Assembly: GCA_964402565.1 (NCBI GenBank)
Contig: CAYOCJ010000001.1
Coordinates: forward strand, 568,823-632,822
From: an uncultured Gammaproteobacteria bacterium
GTDB lineage: Bacteria; Patescibacteriota; Patescibacteriia; UBA1558; 2-01-FULL-52-15
Length of the DNA stretch: 64,000 nt
Direction of reading: 5' to 3'
The position numbers and the translations under genes are program-made. A model generated the notes under the pieces. The model had not been told where the DNA came from and did not search any database. It was given only the letters and a program-made list of their open reading frames with translations. Positions within the stretch are counted from its first letter, which is position 1. Each line of letters begins with the position of its first letter. Of the stretch, positions 43,142 through 52,970 are shown one piece after another.

Positions 43142-44354
43142 CAAAAAAAATAACTCAGAAAAAAAATTCTATATAACTCTCCTGGCTGCTATTATTGCTT
43201 TGAGCGGGTTTTTGATGATTGAAAATTCACTAACATACCAAAACGAAGGAAATAGCCTATCGATTCAAAAACCTGCCACACGCTCCTCTGCTACACGTCT
43301 TCTAGTTAAGTACACTAGGTTTAAACCCTCAACTGAAGAATATCGCATTATTAACTCTCAGGGTGTAGTTTTAGAAAAATTAGATTTCTCGCCAGAAAAA
43401 TACAGTATTGTAGCCGACCCAACGGGGAGTAATATCATTAGACGCTCACCAAATAAAATTGAGATAGCTTCAGGTTCAAAAAATAGAACATTTAAAACTA
43501 TAGTTGAAAATGATAAGGGCATTTCTGATATTATTTTTTCCAGCGATGGCACAAAAATAGCTTACACAACGTCAAGTGTGCTTAAAAAGAATCAAGACGA
43601 CATTCCGCTTGCAGGCAAAAGCACTCTTTTTATAGTCGATGCTGATGGCCGCAATAACAAAAAAATTATGGATATCGAGCTCTATTCGAAATTGGTAGGA
43701 TTCAATGCCGCGGACGGGACCATGCTCTATTCAGTATGCGGTTTTGACTTGTGTGATAATTTTTCTAAACTGACCGCAGTTAGTACAGAAAATTTTACAC
43801 GTAAACGCATAGGATCTTTTGATGCTTTCAATGGCTATGCCCTCATGAGTGACCTAAGTAAAATGTATTATTCTGATGGCAAGACTAAGGATATTATGCA
43901 ATATGATTTTCAAAGCGGCACATCTTCAAAGATTTTCTCACTACATGAAAATGGAATAGATCAAGGAGACAACACTCCCTCCATTGGTCGTTTTTTTGTA
44001 TCCCCTGATCAAACAACATTGATCTTCACTGCATATAATACAGGGTCGAGCGGCGCTGAGATTACATACGAAATGAACTTAAATACTAATCAAGTTCGAG
44101 AAATACTACATGACAAAAAATACTACAATATTGGGCCAGAAGGATGGTCGCCTGATGGCAAGCTCATCTTATTCAACACCTTTTGTTATGGCTGCGGAAA
44201 AAAATTTGGTTACGACAACGAGGGTGAATACTATTTTATGAACTATGAAACAGGGCAACTATATAAGTTCTTCACGTCAGAAATGATTTCATATTTAGAT
44301 CAAACCATTCATAACGAGAGCATGCATCTCGAAACGTGGCTGCGGGGTAATTAG
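43125..44354 (+). CDS. N-terminally anchored protein with TolB-like PD40/WD40-like beta-propeller repeats
   Basis: 409 aa. TM helix ITLLAAIIALSGFLMI. Repeats like IIFSSDGTKIAYTTSS, LFIVDADGRNNKKIMD, FFVSPDQTTLIFTAYN, GWSPDGKLILFN. The start may be the second Met (43134). Confidence 0.5.
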   Translation: MKNMLNKKNNSEKKFYITLLAAIIALSGFLMIENSLTYQNEGNSLSIQKPATRSSATRLLVKYTRFKPSTEEYRIINSQGVVLEKLDFSPEKYSIVADPTGSNIIRRSPNKIEIASGSKNRTFKTIVENDKGISDIIFSSDGTKIAYTTSSVLKKNQDDIPLAGKSTLFIVDADGRNNKKIMDIELYSKLVGFNAADGTMLYSVCGFDLCDNFSKLTAVSTENFTRKRIGSFDAFNGYALMSDLSKMYYSDGKTKDIMQYDFQSGTSSKIFSLHENGIDQGDNTPSIGRFFVSPDQTTLIFTAYNTGSSGAEITYEMNLNTNQVREILHDKKYYNIGPEGWSPDGKLILFNTFCYGCGKKFGYDNEGEYYFMNYETGQLYKFFTSEMISYLDQTIHNESMHLETWLRGN

Positions 44355-44484
44355 CGGATTGAAATTAAATTTTTTTTCGACATTTGAATTCCGTTGTAAC
44401 GAAAACAGGGCTATCAACGGCATTCAAGAAATAACTCTTGACTGTCTGTGCTTGTTCTTTGACAGGCGATAAAGGACGGAAGCG

Positions 44485-46614
44485 ATGCAAAAACCAGTGT
44501 TTTGTTTCTTCGTGCTGCTCTATTGTTCACTTGCATTTGGCCAGTCTCCAATTGATCTCAAACTTCCTTTTCCGAATGGCGAAACATGGACGATGACACA
44601 AGGATACAATCAAGGGTCCCACATTGCTTATGCGTCGTCTGATGAGCGCTATGCTGTAGATTTTGCCAGCAGTTGTGGCTCGACATGGGGCAAGCCGGTG
44701 CTCGCGGCTGCAGCAGGAACAGTCCATATCGTTTCAACGACAGACAACGATGATTGGGGAGTCAACCTCTGGATCGTACATGAGGGTGGATGTAGGACCC
44801 GTTATGCGCACATGATTGTCGGATCACTCTTCGTACGTGAGGGAGAGTTTGTTACGCAGGGTCAAATTATCGGACTGACTGGCAAAACAGGTTATACCAT
44901 CCCTTCAGGTTGTCAAAACAACGGAGGTTCACATATTCATCTAGTCCTACAGTGCCTAGTGAATGGCGCGTATGTTGGTAAAAAGCCGGAACCGATTTCT
45001 GGTTATACTGATTTTACCAGAAATCAAGTTCCATATACCTCCAACAACGGCAATATAATCGGGCATTGGAATACCGGATGGAAACTTGATGGATCCTCTG
45101 AGGCTTTCTACCGAGCTTATGCGCGTAACCCACATGCGAACTTTGGCCTCCCAACTGCTGACGCAGGCAATCCAAACGGAGCCTTTGTCCATCAATGGAA
45201 TAACACTTCAATCAACGATCTCTTTGTTCAAAACTTTGACGATCCTGATTTTGAAAAGCGAGGTGTGATTCTTTGGAAACAAAGCTCTCCCGCGAATGCG
45301 TATGTGGTACGAGGCGGCTTCTGGGAACTATACCGCTACAATAACGGACCTGTCACCTATGGCGCTCCGGTCACTGACGAGGGTTGCTGGTACAACAATG
45401 GTATCGTATCTGCACTCCCCAATTTCAACTTCCCGGCAGCACAGCTATTCCAAAAGGCAAATGGCAGCACAGGCATCATGGTCTGGAATCCAAACTGGGT
45501 TCAAGGTACTACGGTCAGGTTCATCGACAATATCCCGAATGTACCCTACACTATCGGACCATGTCCTTCACAGACCAGTCAAACAACTTCTCAAAACATC
45601 TTCGCTTCGGCCTTCCAGACAGATCCTTCAACGGTCAAAGTCACAGTCAATAATGCAAGTAAACTCGCCTATGACACGTATGAGTTGATCAGAAATGACG
45701 TGCCTGTAGGCGGCGGCTCGTTAGGCAGTGTCACAAAGATCACTGATCCTTCAGTCATCGAAGGTACGGCCTATGACTACCAGGTCCGCGGAACTATCAA
45801 TGGCCATACCGTGGCCTTGTCGAACCAAATACCCTTAGACACCGCTTGCAACCCGGTAACTATGTCTGATTGTGACGGGATCGATGGCAGTGCAGACAAT
45901 TGCCCGAGCGTCGATAATGCTGATCAAAAAAACTCAGACACCGACGTCTTTGGCGATGCCTGCGACAATTGTCCGACCGTCTACAACCCAAGCCAGGCAG
46001 ACAGCGACGCGGATGGCATCGGCGATGCCTGCGACCCATGCCCCTATGGGTCCTGCCTGGTAACCGTGTTCAGCGACAATTTCAACCGAGCTGCGCTCGG
46101 CACGAACTGGGAAGCCTGCAGCACTGCAAGCATCATCAATAATACTTTGCAGCTGCAGAACACTTCAGGCCCGACGAATTGTCCAGATGTCGGCCAAAGC
46201 TTTGCGCAGGCAACGCTCGTCGTTCCTGGCGATGAGATTCGCGATGGCGCAGTTCAATTCGATCTCAATACCGGCGGTCCGACACGTGCCAATAATGTTT
46301 TTCGGATCGGCTTCGGTGCATTCAGTGTGTATATCAACCAGGATAGCGCCACTGACAATGCGTGCCGGAGAAGGGTTGAACTGCGGGCTTTTGACACTGC
46401 TATCACCATGGCCTGTGGCATAACCATCAATCCAGGACGGTACGAATTCAGCGTGTCAGGTAATGCAATTCGGTTCAGAAATGTCTCTGGCGGAACCGTG
46501 ATCAACCAGACTGCGACATACGATCTTCAAACAACGGCAGGCCCGCTCGTGACAAGTGTTAACGAGGACACAACCACCGTAGACAATATCACCTTACAGA
46601 GGCGAGTTCCTTAA
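44485..46614 (+). CDS. Secreted multidomain M23 (LytM-type) metallopeptidase with LGFP-like repeats, thrombospondin type-3 (Ca-binding) repeats and a C-terminal lectin-like domain
   Basis: 709 aa. Signal peptide [21 protein letters not shown]23 motifs [15 protein letters not shown]...GTVH...RTRYAHM...[24 protein letters not shown]3 repeats [59 protein letters not shown]. Confidence 0.75.
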   Translation: MQKPVFCFFVLLYCSLAFGQSPIDLKLPFPNGETWTMTQGYNQGSHIAYASSDERYAVDFASSCGSTWGKPVLAAAAGTVHIVSTTDNDDWGVNLWIVHEGGCRTRYAHMIVGSLFVREGEFVTQGQIIGLTGKTGYTIPSGCQNNGGSHIHLVLQCLVNGAYVGKKPEPISGYTDFTRNQVPYTSNNGNIIGHWNTGWKLDGSSEAFYRAYARNPHANFGLPTADAGNPNGAFVHQWNNTSINDLFVQNFDDPDFEKRGVILWKQSSPANAYVVRGGFWELYRYNNGPVTYGAPVTDEGCWYNNGIVSALPNFNFPAAQLFQKANGSTGIMVWNPNWVQGTTVRFIDNIPNVPYTIGPCPSQTSQTTSQNIFASAFQTDPSTVKVTVNNASKLAYDTYELIRNDVPVGGGSLGSVTKITDPSVIEGTAYDYQVRGTINGHTVALSNQIPLDTACNPVTMSDCDGIDGSADNCPSVDNADQKNSDTDVFGDACDNCPTVYNPSQADSDADGIGDACDPCPYGSCLVTVFSDNFNRAALGTNWEACSTASIINNTLQLQNTSGPTNCPDVGQSFAQATLVVPGDEIRDGAVQFDLNTGGPTRANNVFRIGFGAFSVYINQDSATDNACRRRVELRAFDTAITMACGITINPGRYEFSVSGNAIRFRNVSGGTVINQTATYDLQTTAGPLVTSVNEDTTTVDNITLQRRVP

Positions 46615-46622
46615 CGTCACTA

Positions 46623-46660
46623 ACCCTGCATTGCGAAAGCGATGCAGGGTTATCTTTTTG
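46623..46660 (+). terminator. Rho-independent terminator of the M23 peptidase gene
   Basis: ccctgcattgcgaaagcgatgcaggg imperfect hairpin (8-10 bp stem) followed by ttatcttttt. Confidence 0.5.
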
Positions 46661-46668
46661 TAATAGCA

Positions 46669-47076
46669 TTATGTGCGCAACCTCTTCGACTGTTGAGTCA
46701 CAGCGTACACGCTCAAGACAGCTACATAGGTCGTGACCATTTCAAATGTTACCTGGTACCGTCCTCCGCTCAGGACGCTGGTCAGCACAAAAAAGACGAA
46801 AACCGCAGTCCAGATATGCACGAAATATTCTCCGGCGAAATGCGAGGTGAATTTCTTGTCTTTCCATCGCAAGAATTCCTTCTGCCCTACATAGATCGTC
46901 AATACTGCAGGATAAATAATCGCGATCAAGCTGTCTGCAGACTCGAACTGCGCGCGCCAGAAGAAATGCAAAAAATATACAACGAAAGTGACAATGGACC
47001 AGCCATTGACCATATGCTTCCAAAAAAGAAAGCTTTTTAACCGTCGTTCGTTTTTTACGCTATTGAACATACTCAT
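46669..47076 (-). CDS. Hypothetical 4-TM membrane protein
   Basis: The track ORF 46669..47127 overlaps the upstream gene by 55 nt. An internal Met (MSMFNS...) at 47076 gives a classic ATGA overlap with the stop of 47073..47531 and is the likelier start. Confidence 0.35.
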   Translation of the reverse strand: MSMFNSVKNERRLKSFLFWKHMVNGWSIVTFVVYFLHFFWRAQFESADSLIAIIYPAVLTIYVGQKEFLRWKDKKFTSHFAGEYFVHIWTAVFVFFVLTSVLSGGRYQVTFEMVTTYVAVLSVYAVTQQSKRLRT

Positions 47077-47531
47077 GGATGTAACTGTGCATGCCACAGT
47101 AAGCGCTCTACTGGCCGATAATCCCATGCTTCGCGATGCGGCGTAGCCTTTGTAGCATTATTGTTGACGCCAATCCCCTTGCCAATATAGAAACCCAGAT
47201 GTCGATGCGACCTGCCTGACGGAAATGCTCGCGGCGCATACACAATCACACAGCCGATGCGCGGTCTTTTAATGTCGCGCCACCCTGAACGTATCAGATC
47301 ATTCTCTGCTGCAGTTACTGTCGTATGCAACTCCTTGACCAGGTCGAACATTTTTAAGATCGAGGTCAGATAAAAAGCGCAGGCTAGATTTCCATTCTCA
47401 AGGACTTCGACATTCTTTCCGTCTATCTTGAAATAGCATTCACGAAACATCGTTGACCCTACTGAACCGCGGATCACAGCCAAATAGGTCTTGTGGATCA
47501 AGTGCTGCGGTTTTTGCTCTTGCGTCGGCAT
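47073..47531 (-). CDS. Hypothetical protein, possibly a papain-fold (NlpC/P60/CHAP-like) hydrolase
   Basis: 152 aa. Candidate Cys (LACAFYL) and His (SHRHLGFYIGKG, cf. HVGIYxG of NlpC/P60) separated by ~60 aa; weak. Confidence 0.3.
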   Translation of the reverse strand: MPTQEQKPQHLIHKTYLAVIRGSVGSTMFRECYFKIDGKNVEVLENGNLACAFYLTSILKMFDLVKELHTTVTAAENDLIRSGWRDIKRPRIGCVIVYAPRAFPSGRSHRHLGFYIGKGIGVNNNATKATPHREAWDYRPVERLLWHAQLHP

Positions 47532-47536
47532 ACGAA

Positions 47537-50068
47537 TTATCGGGTTTCTTTTTCAGCAAAACGATAATATAAATTCTTTGCGGTTTCGGTAACGATAAAA
47601 TAGCTGCCAACGACGATGAAGAGTTCAATCAAGTGCTCAGGCTTGGGACTGATGAATTTAAATATGGTATGCCCCACCGACGTGAATGGAATAATAATGG
47701 TGGCAATGAATGCAGTTCCTGACAGCCAATATAAAATAGGTGACGCCTGTTTTGCTTTCCAAATAGGCAGCCTCGTGCGGATCGAAAACAAGAATACCAG
47801 CTCAGTCAAGATGCTTCCGATGAACCAGTTCGTTTGCAGAACCTCCGGAGAAATGCGGAAGAAAAGGCCGAACATGATGAAATCAAAAACGGTGCTTACG
47901 ACGCCAAGCAAAGTCGCGATGAGCACAATCTCTTTCACATCATAGCTTTTTGGTTTTTTGAGCTCCATGGTATCAGTGGTATCGGTAGCTATCGCGATCA
48001 TGGGAAAATCCGACAGCAAATTCACCAACAGGATCTGCAAGGCAAGCATCGGAAGAAAATCTACGATCAGCGACGCGACAGCGACGGCATAAAAATTTCC
48101 GAAATTTGAAGCAAGAGTTGCTTTGATGTACTTCACGGTATTCACGAAAACCGACCGGCCTTCTTGAATGCCGTCAACGATGACCTGCAGGCTTTTTTTC
48201 AACAGAATAATATCAGCAGTTTCCTGCGCAATATCTGAAGCGCCCTGTACAGCGAGACCGACATTTGCAATTTTCAACGCCGGCGCGTCATTGATCCCTT
48301 CTCCCAAGAAACCGACCTCGTGTTTCTCCTGCAATATTTGAATGATTTTGAACTTTTGCTGCGGCGATACGCGCGCGAATACATTAAATGAATGAGCGGC
48401 AGCAACCTGCTTTTCATGCGACAATTCCTGGAATGCAGCGCCGGTGATAACGTCAGTGAACTTTTCAACCAGGCCTATCTGCTGGGCCACGGAGCCGGCA
48501 ACTTCAGGACTATCCCCGGTCAATATCTTCACCGCAACGCCGAGCGATTTTGCTTTCCGGAGCGATTCTTTCGTCGTTTTCTTCAGTGGGTCCACGAATG
48601 AAATAATACCGACGAATTGCAAATCTTTTTCTTCGTGCTCAATCGCATGCCCATGATCGCCATGCAGATCTTTCTGAGCTACAGCGATAACGCGGTAGCC
48701 CTGCTTGCCGGCATCGACAAGCCATTTCGAGATCACCTCATGAACGCCTGCCGGGATCTTGGAGCATAATGGCAGTATGTCCTCGGGCGCTCCCCGTACG
48801 ATCAATTGACTGGCCTGCGCCTTCTCTACGATCACGGTATTTCTTCTGCGGGCAGGGTCAAAAGGTATTTCATCAACGCGTTTAAATCCATGCAGGTCTT
48901 TGCGCTCATGCGCCGAGAGTTTATTCCATAGCGCCAGATCAAATGCGTTATTCGGTTCTTTTTCTTTTTCAGTCAGAAAAGGCGCGGCAATGCTTGCAAT
49001 GAACACAACATTTGCATTGCTGGGTGCGAAAACCTGCGCGACGCTCAATACATTCTCAGTGAGCGTACCGGTCTTATCGGTACACAATACATCAATGCTG
49101 CCCAGATCTTCGATGGAAGATAAACGCTTCACGACGACATGGTGCTTGGCAAGATGCAAACCGCCCCTCGACAATGAAAATGTGGTGACCACGGGCAATG
49201 CTTCAGGTATGACGCTCACTGCCAGGGCGATGGCAAAAATGAAAAGCTCAGGGATATCGATGGACGGCCCTTTGATCAAAATATTCGCCACGACAATGAA
49301 AGCCAATGTAATGAGGACCAGGCGCAAGATAAAAGAGCTGAAACGCGCAATGCCCTTGGCGAAGGTGCTGACACGGACAGTCTCTGTCGCAAGTTTACTG
49401 ATATCTCCCATGACGGTCCGGACACCGGTCGCACAGACGATCCCTAAGCCTTTACCGCTAACCACAGCAGTACCAGAAAAACCCATGTTCGCAGCTTTAA
49501 ATATCTCGGCAGTCGGCTGGGATAATGCTTCTGATTGCTTCCGAATAGGCACCGACTCTCCGGTAAGAATCGACTCATCCACCATGAAGTTCGTTGCCCG
49601 AAGTAAGCGGATATCCGCAGAGATGATGTCGCCCGGTTCAAGTACCACAATATCGCCGACGATCAATTCTCTGCTGGGTATCATCTGCTCTGCTCCGTCA
49701 CGTATGACACGCGACCGGCGGACAACATACTGTTTCAATAGCTGCAAGGTCTGCTCTGATCGATATTCCTGATAAAAACCGATCCCCGCATTGATGATCA
49801 CGAATAGGACGATCATCGAACCATCGATATACTCCTTGAGTATAATAGCAACGATCGCAGCGCTGATCAGAAGATAAATGAATGGCGAAGTGAACTGCCG
49901 CTTCAGCAGGTCAAACCACGTAGTCGGCTTGGTCCTGATCTCGTTGAAACCTTGTGAACCTAAAAGTTTGCGGGCCTCAGCCTGAGCGATGCCGTGCTCG
50001 ATCGACGAATGATAGCGTGCGGTCAATTCATTCTCCGAAATGACCGTTAATTGGGAAAAATCTGCCAT
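47537..50068 (-). CDS. P-type cation-transporting ATPase (type II, Ca2+/Mg2+-like)
   Basis: 843 aa. Phosphorylation site CTDKTGTLTEN, TM4 IPEALPVV (cf. SERCA PEGLPAV), hinge GEGINDAPALKIANVGLAV, TGDSPEVA; 8-10 TM. Confidence 0.85.
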   Translation of the reverse strand: MADFSQLTVISENELTARYHSSIEHGIAQAEARKLLGSQGFNEIRTKPTTWFDLLKRQFTSPFIYLLISAAIVAIILKEYIDGSMIVLFVIINAGIGFYQEYRSEQTLQLLKQYVVRRSRVIRDGAEQMIPSRELIVGDIVVLEPGDIISADIRLLRATNFMVDESILTGESVPIRKQSEALSQPTAEIFKAANMGFSGTAVVSGKGLGIVCATGVRTVMGDISKLATETVRVSTFAKGIARFSSFILRLVLITLAFIVVANILIKGPSIDIPELFIFAIALAVSVIPEALPVVTTFSLSRGGLHLAKHHVVVKRLSSIEDLGSIDVLCTDKTGTLTENVLSVAQVFAPSNANVVFIASIAAPFLTEKEKEPNNAFDLALWNKLSAHERKDLHGFKRVDEIPFDPARRRNTVIVEKAQASQLIVRGAPEDILPLCSKIPAGVHEVISKWLVDAGKQGYRVIAVAQKDLHGDHGHAIEHEEKDLQFVGIISFVDPLKKTTKESLRKAKSLGVAVKILTGDSPEVAGSVAQQIGLVEKFTDVITGAAFQELSHEKQVAAAHSFNVFARVSPQQKFKIIQILQEKHEVGFLGEGINDAPALKIANVGLAVQGASDIAQETADIILLKKSLQVIVDGIQEGRSVFVNTVKYIKATLASNFGNFYAVAVASLIVDFLPMLALQILLVNLLSDFPMIAIATDTTDTMELKKPKSYDVKEIVLIATLLGVVSTVFDFIMFGLFFRISPEVLQTNWFIGSILTELVFLFSIRTRLPIWKAKQASPILYWLSGTAFIATIIIPFTSVGHTIFKFISPKPEHLIELFIVVGSYFIVTETAKNLYYRFAEKETR

Positions 50069-50090
50069 AGTTTGTAGCTATAGTATAGCA

Positions 50091-50123
50091 CAAAAGCCCT
50101 GCCAGATGGCAGGGCTTTTAATC
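50091..50123 (-). terminator. Intrinsic terminator-like hairpin downstream of 50136..51671 (and just upstream of the P-type ATPase start)
   Basis: aaagccctgcca-gat-ggcagggcttt: perfect 12-bp stem, A/T-rich flanks. Confidence 0.45.
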
Positions 50124-50135
50124 AAAATATCTATG

Positions 50136-51671
50136 TTATTTCAGTTCGTCTCCCAATGGGTAGGCTTTGAGATGTGTCGCGCTGATATCAACCACATCCA
50201 ATGCATTGAATCCTTTGTTTCGGAAAACCGCATCAGACGCAAATGGATGCGCGCTTCCATTGCTCAGTAAATAAACCGTTGCGGAACCCGGCACATGCAC
50301 AAGCACTGCATCAGGGTATTGATTGAGTTCGCCTTTCTCTACCGAGACGATATCACTCCAGCGGTTCGCCGGGTACGAGGAAAAGGCGGCTGAAGAAGGA
50401 ATGGCTAATTTGAGAATGCGGTTATCCGGACGGCGATACAAATGATAGACCGTATTGCTGTCTTCTGCTTTCATTAAATGAACCAATGGATATTTCTCTA
50501 AGGCGCTCGAAGAAACTTGCTGTGGCGCCCTGCCCTCGTCGTATCGTGCTAATGAACTCTTTCCGGTTAGCCTGTATAGCTGATTCATAATGACGGCATA
50601 GATATCTGCCGAACCGGCAACGCGATACAATGCTGTTGCAGGATCGGTTGTAAGCGTCGTAAACCCAAGGACCAATACTTTTTCTGGTGCGGTTATAGAG
50701 ACGGTTGGAGCAGGAGCACCCTTCGTCTTGAATGTATAGGTATCCGAAGTAGCATACGCACCAAACACATCAGCAGACTGTACATAGAATGAATAGGTAG
50801 TGTCCGGTTTTAAGTTCGGTATATATGAACTATGGAAAAAATCACGGAACTTCGACGTCTGGTCGATCGTATTTGCATAGACGCCTGGTGCCCATACGAC
50901 GATGACACCGTTCGAGAGTTTATTCGTATTCCAAGATATAGTCACGTAATCCTGCCCGAGCTGCGGATCGTTGATGGTCAGCGGCCTGATATCAGAGATC
51001 GCGAACAGGGTTTTTTCGGATTCAGTGTTAAAGAGAGTAGTAAAAGTCATGTCGCTATAGTACGCTGTATTGCCGGCTGCATCAGCAGAAACAACCTGAA
51101 AATGATAAGTCGTGCCTGGCGCAAGGCCTCCGAGCGTAACGTCATGCAACTTTAAGTAGCCGCCCCAGCCAGCTGCAGACGCATATGCTGATGTAGCGCC
51201 AAATTTAACGACCGAGTTCGCAATTTCATTCGTTTCCCATTGAAACGTGGCTGATGTTGCAGTTACATACGGCACATGTACATTGCTGATAATCGGCAGC
51301 GAGGTATCGATGTATTCAGTCGTCTTGAACGTCCGGTCAAAGGTAGAAACCTTTTGACCATTGATCCCTGAAGTTACCGAAAAGTGATAGGTACTTAAAG
51401 GCGTCAAACTGGTAATAGTAATTTCATGGCTCGTCCGCAATTCAGAACCAGTCGTTAAATACACGCCGTAACTTGTATCTAAACCAAAATCGATCCGGCT
51501 GGTGGATGCGATATTCGTGTTCCAGCGCACCACTGCTTTTGTATCAGTGATATTCGACACAGAAACATCGCTTATCTGCATTGCCGTTTGAGCAGTGGCC
51601 GGTAAAGCAAAATAGGCCACAGAGACTCCTATAGCCAAAACGGACAAATATTTTTTCGCTTGATTATGCAT
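50136..51671 (-). CDS. Secreted protein with three fibronectin type III / purple-acid-phosphatase-N-like domains and a C-terminal domain of unknown function
   Basis: 511 aa. Signal peptide LSVLAIGVSVAYFALPATAQT. Repeated Fn3-like units (VVRWNTN...TYHFSVTS; FQWETN...TYHFQVVSADAAGN; ISWNTN...TYSFYVQSADVFG). Confidence 0.55.
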   Translation of the reverse strand: MHNQAKKYLSVLAIGVSVAYFALPATAQTAMQISDVSVSNITDTKAVVRWNTNIASTSRIDFGLDTSYGVYLTTGSELRTSHEITITSLTPLSTYHFSVTSGINGQKVSTFDRTFKTTEYIDTSLPIISNVHVPYVTATSATFQWETNEIANSVVKFGATSAYASAAGWGGYLKLHDVTLGGLAPGTTYHFQVVSADAAGNTAYYSDMTFTTLFNTESEKTLFAISDIRPLTINDPQLGQDYVTISWNTNKLSNGVIVVWAPGVYANTIDQTSKFRDFFHSSYIPNLKPDTTYSFYVQSADVFGAYATSDTYTFKTKGAPAPTVSITAPEKVLVLGFTTLTTDPATALYRVAGSADIYAVIMNQLYRLTGKSSLARYDEGRAPQQVSSSALEKYPLVHLMKAEDSNTVYHLYRRPDNRILKLAIPSSAAFSSYPANRWSDIVSVEKGELNQYPDAVLVHVPGSATVYLLSNGSAHPFASDAVFRNKGFNALDVVDISATHLKAYPLGDELK

Positions 51672-51741
51672 AGTAAAATTGCTATTTTAGGCTAACTATA
51701 GACTATACTATATAGTTCTATTTTTGTCAAGAGATGCTTGT

Positions 51742-51770
51742 TTGCCTCAAAGACAAAACGGACATATACT
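51742..51770 (+). promoter_or_regulatory. Sigma70-like promoter of the desaturase gene (-35 TTGCCT, 17 nt, -10 TATACT)
   Basis: ttgcct-caaagacaaaacggaca-tatact. A Shine-Dalgarno aaggaga lies 7 nt before the in-frame GTG at 51850. Confidence 0.4.
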
Positions 51771-51810
51771 TCGTCAACCGTTCTTTTCATTGCAGTGAAC
51801 AATCACCTAC

Positions 51811-52638
51811 GTGTCCCCCGCAAGGGACTCTATAAGAAGGAGACGACCTGTGTGGCGGATACTTTTTGCCCTTGCCTGCGCTGTACCGATTCTCTACATC
51901 ACCACCCTCACCACAACCATCTACCTGCACCGCGGGCTTACGCACGGGAGCCTTGAGTTCCACCCAGCCTTGGATCTCGCAATACGATTCTACAAGTGGA
52001 TTCAAACCGGATTGATCCGGCGGGAATGGGTAGCGGTGCATCGTAAGCATCATGCCCACACTGATGAAGAAGGCGATCCGCATAGCCCGTACCAGTATGG
52101 CGTGTGGAAAGTCACGTTCGCGAACGTCAAGTACTACCGCAGGGAAACCCAGAATCCTGAGACAGTCAAAGTGTATGCGAAGGACATCAAGCGAGACTGG
52201 TTCGATAACTTCTTCGATCACAGCCTCGTCGGAATTGCGCTCGGCATCACCATCTGGTGCTTCATCTTCGGTCTCTGGGCCGGGATCATCGCCTTTGCGG
52301 TGCATGGCGTGGCGTATGTCTTTCTTTCGGGAGCCATCAATGGCCTTGGTCACAGTGACCATCATGGTTACCGTAACTGGCCAAATACGGCGCGGAACCT
52401 CAGGTGGCTTGCCTGGCTGACCGGAGGCGAAGGCCTCCACAACAATCATCATGGCGCTCAGCGTTCTCCAAAGCTCTCAATGGCACCGGGAGAATCTGAC
52501 CCTGCGTGGTGGGCAATACGAGTTCTTGCCTGGATAGGACTGATTAAGATCAAAGGCAAAACCATCGACCTTCCTCGCCGCGGCGCGATCGCAAACGATC
52601 CTCCGAATACGCCGCATGCGTTCACTGCGACCCACTAG
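51811..52638 (+). CDS. Acyl-CoA (stearoyl-CoA-type) delta-9 fatty acid desaturase, membrane di-iron enzyme
   Basis: 275 aa. His boxes HRGLTHGS, WVAVHRKHHAHTDEEGDPHSP, GEGLHNNHHG, as in SCD/DesC. The GTG at 51811 is the track start; the GTG at 51850 (preceded by aaggaga) is the likelier start. Confidence 0.85.
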   Translation: MSPARDSIRRRRPVWRILFALACAVPILYITTLTTTIYLHRGLTHGSLEFHPALDLAIRFYKWIQTGLIRREWVAVHRKHHAHTDEEGDPHSPYQYGVWKVTFANVKYYRRETQNPETVKVYAKDIKRDWFDNFFDHSLVGIALGITIWCFIFGLWAGIIAFAVHGVAYVFLSGAINGLGHSDHHGYRNWPNTARNLRWLAWLTGGEGLHNNHHGAQRSPKLSMAPGESDPAWWAIRVLAWIGLIKIKGKTIDLPRRGAIANDPPNTPHAFTATH

Positions 52639-52642
52639 GCTT

Positions 52643-52678
52643 AGGCCCGCTGGTGCTAACCGGCGGGCCTCCTTTTTT
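52643..52678 (+). terminator. Rho-independent terminator of the desaturase gene
   Basis: aggcccgc-(12-nt loop)-gcgggcct followed by ccttttttag. Confidence 0.55.
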
Positions 52679-52694
52679 AGCATACCTTTTAGTA

Positions 52695-52930
52695 TTGACC
52701 ATTCTGATAGACTTTCATATGATTACAACTGTCCGCGGCCCGCAAGGCTCCCAGGAGAGAGGAAGGCCAACAACAACCCCGTTCTTTTAAGGACTGCTGT
52801 GCCGATTGGCACACAGGGCGTCCCAAGACGAAAGAGCGCCGATCAGCTACGGCACGCCGGACTGATCGAAGCGACCCTTGGGGTTTTACTACGCTAAAGG
52901 CTCCTGTCCTCGACCAGGAGCCTTTTAAAT
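52695..52930 (+). ncRNA. Candidate ~200-nt small RNA or structured leader: own sigma70-like promoter (-35 TTGACC 52695-52700, 17 nt, -10 TATGAT 52718-52723), ORF-free GC-rich body, ending in an intrinsic-terminator-like hairpin (52897-52930)
   Basis: No ATG in the ~200-nt body. Multiple local hairpins (gtgcc-gatt-ggcac; gatcag...ctgatc). Terminal aaggctcctg-tcctcgac-caggagcctt then ttttaaattt. No match recognised to SRP, RNase P, tmRNA or tRNA motifs. Confidence 0.3.
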
Positions 52931-52941
52931 TTCATCAATAA

Positions 52942-52970
52942 TTGACCTAAACGAGTTTATTAGGTATAGT
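52942..52970 (+). promoter_or_regulatory. Consensus sigma70 promoter of typA (-35 TTGACC, 17 nt, -10 TATAGT), only 10 nt upstream of the ATG; leaderless or near-leaderless transcript
   Basis: ttgacc-taaacgagtttattagg-tatagt-gttgcgagtt-ATG (52981). Confidence 0.5.

Noticed and set aside
48900-49772. 290-aa plus-strand ORF inside the P-type ATPase gene
   Set aside because: Antisense to a CDS carrying all P-type ATPase signature motifs.
51787-52452. 221-aa minus-strand ORF overlapping the desaturase
   Set aside because: The sense-strand product carries the three histidine boxes; the antisense ORF is featureless.
52730-52930. Idea that the ORF-free transcript is the SRP (4.5S/ffs) RNA
   Set aside because: The conserved domain IV motif (GGUCAGGUCCGGAAGGAAGCAGC-like with GGAA tetraloop context) is not present. 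Only a loose GGAAGG resemblance was seen. Kept as a generic sRNA candidate.
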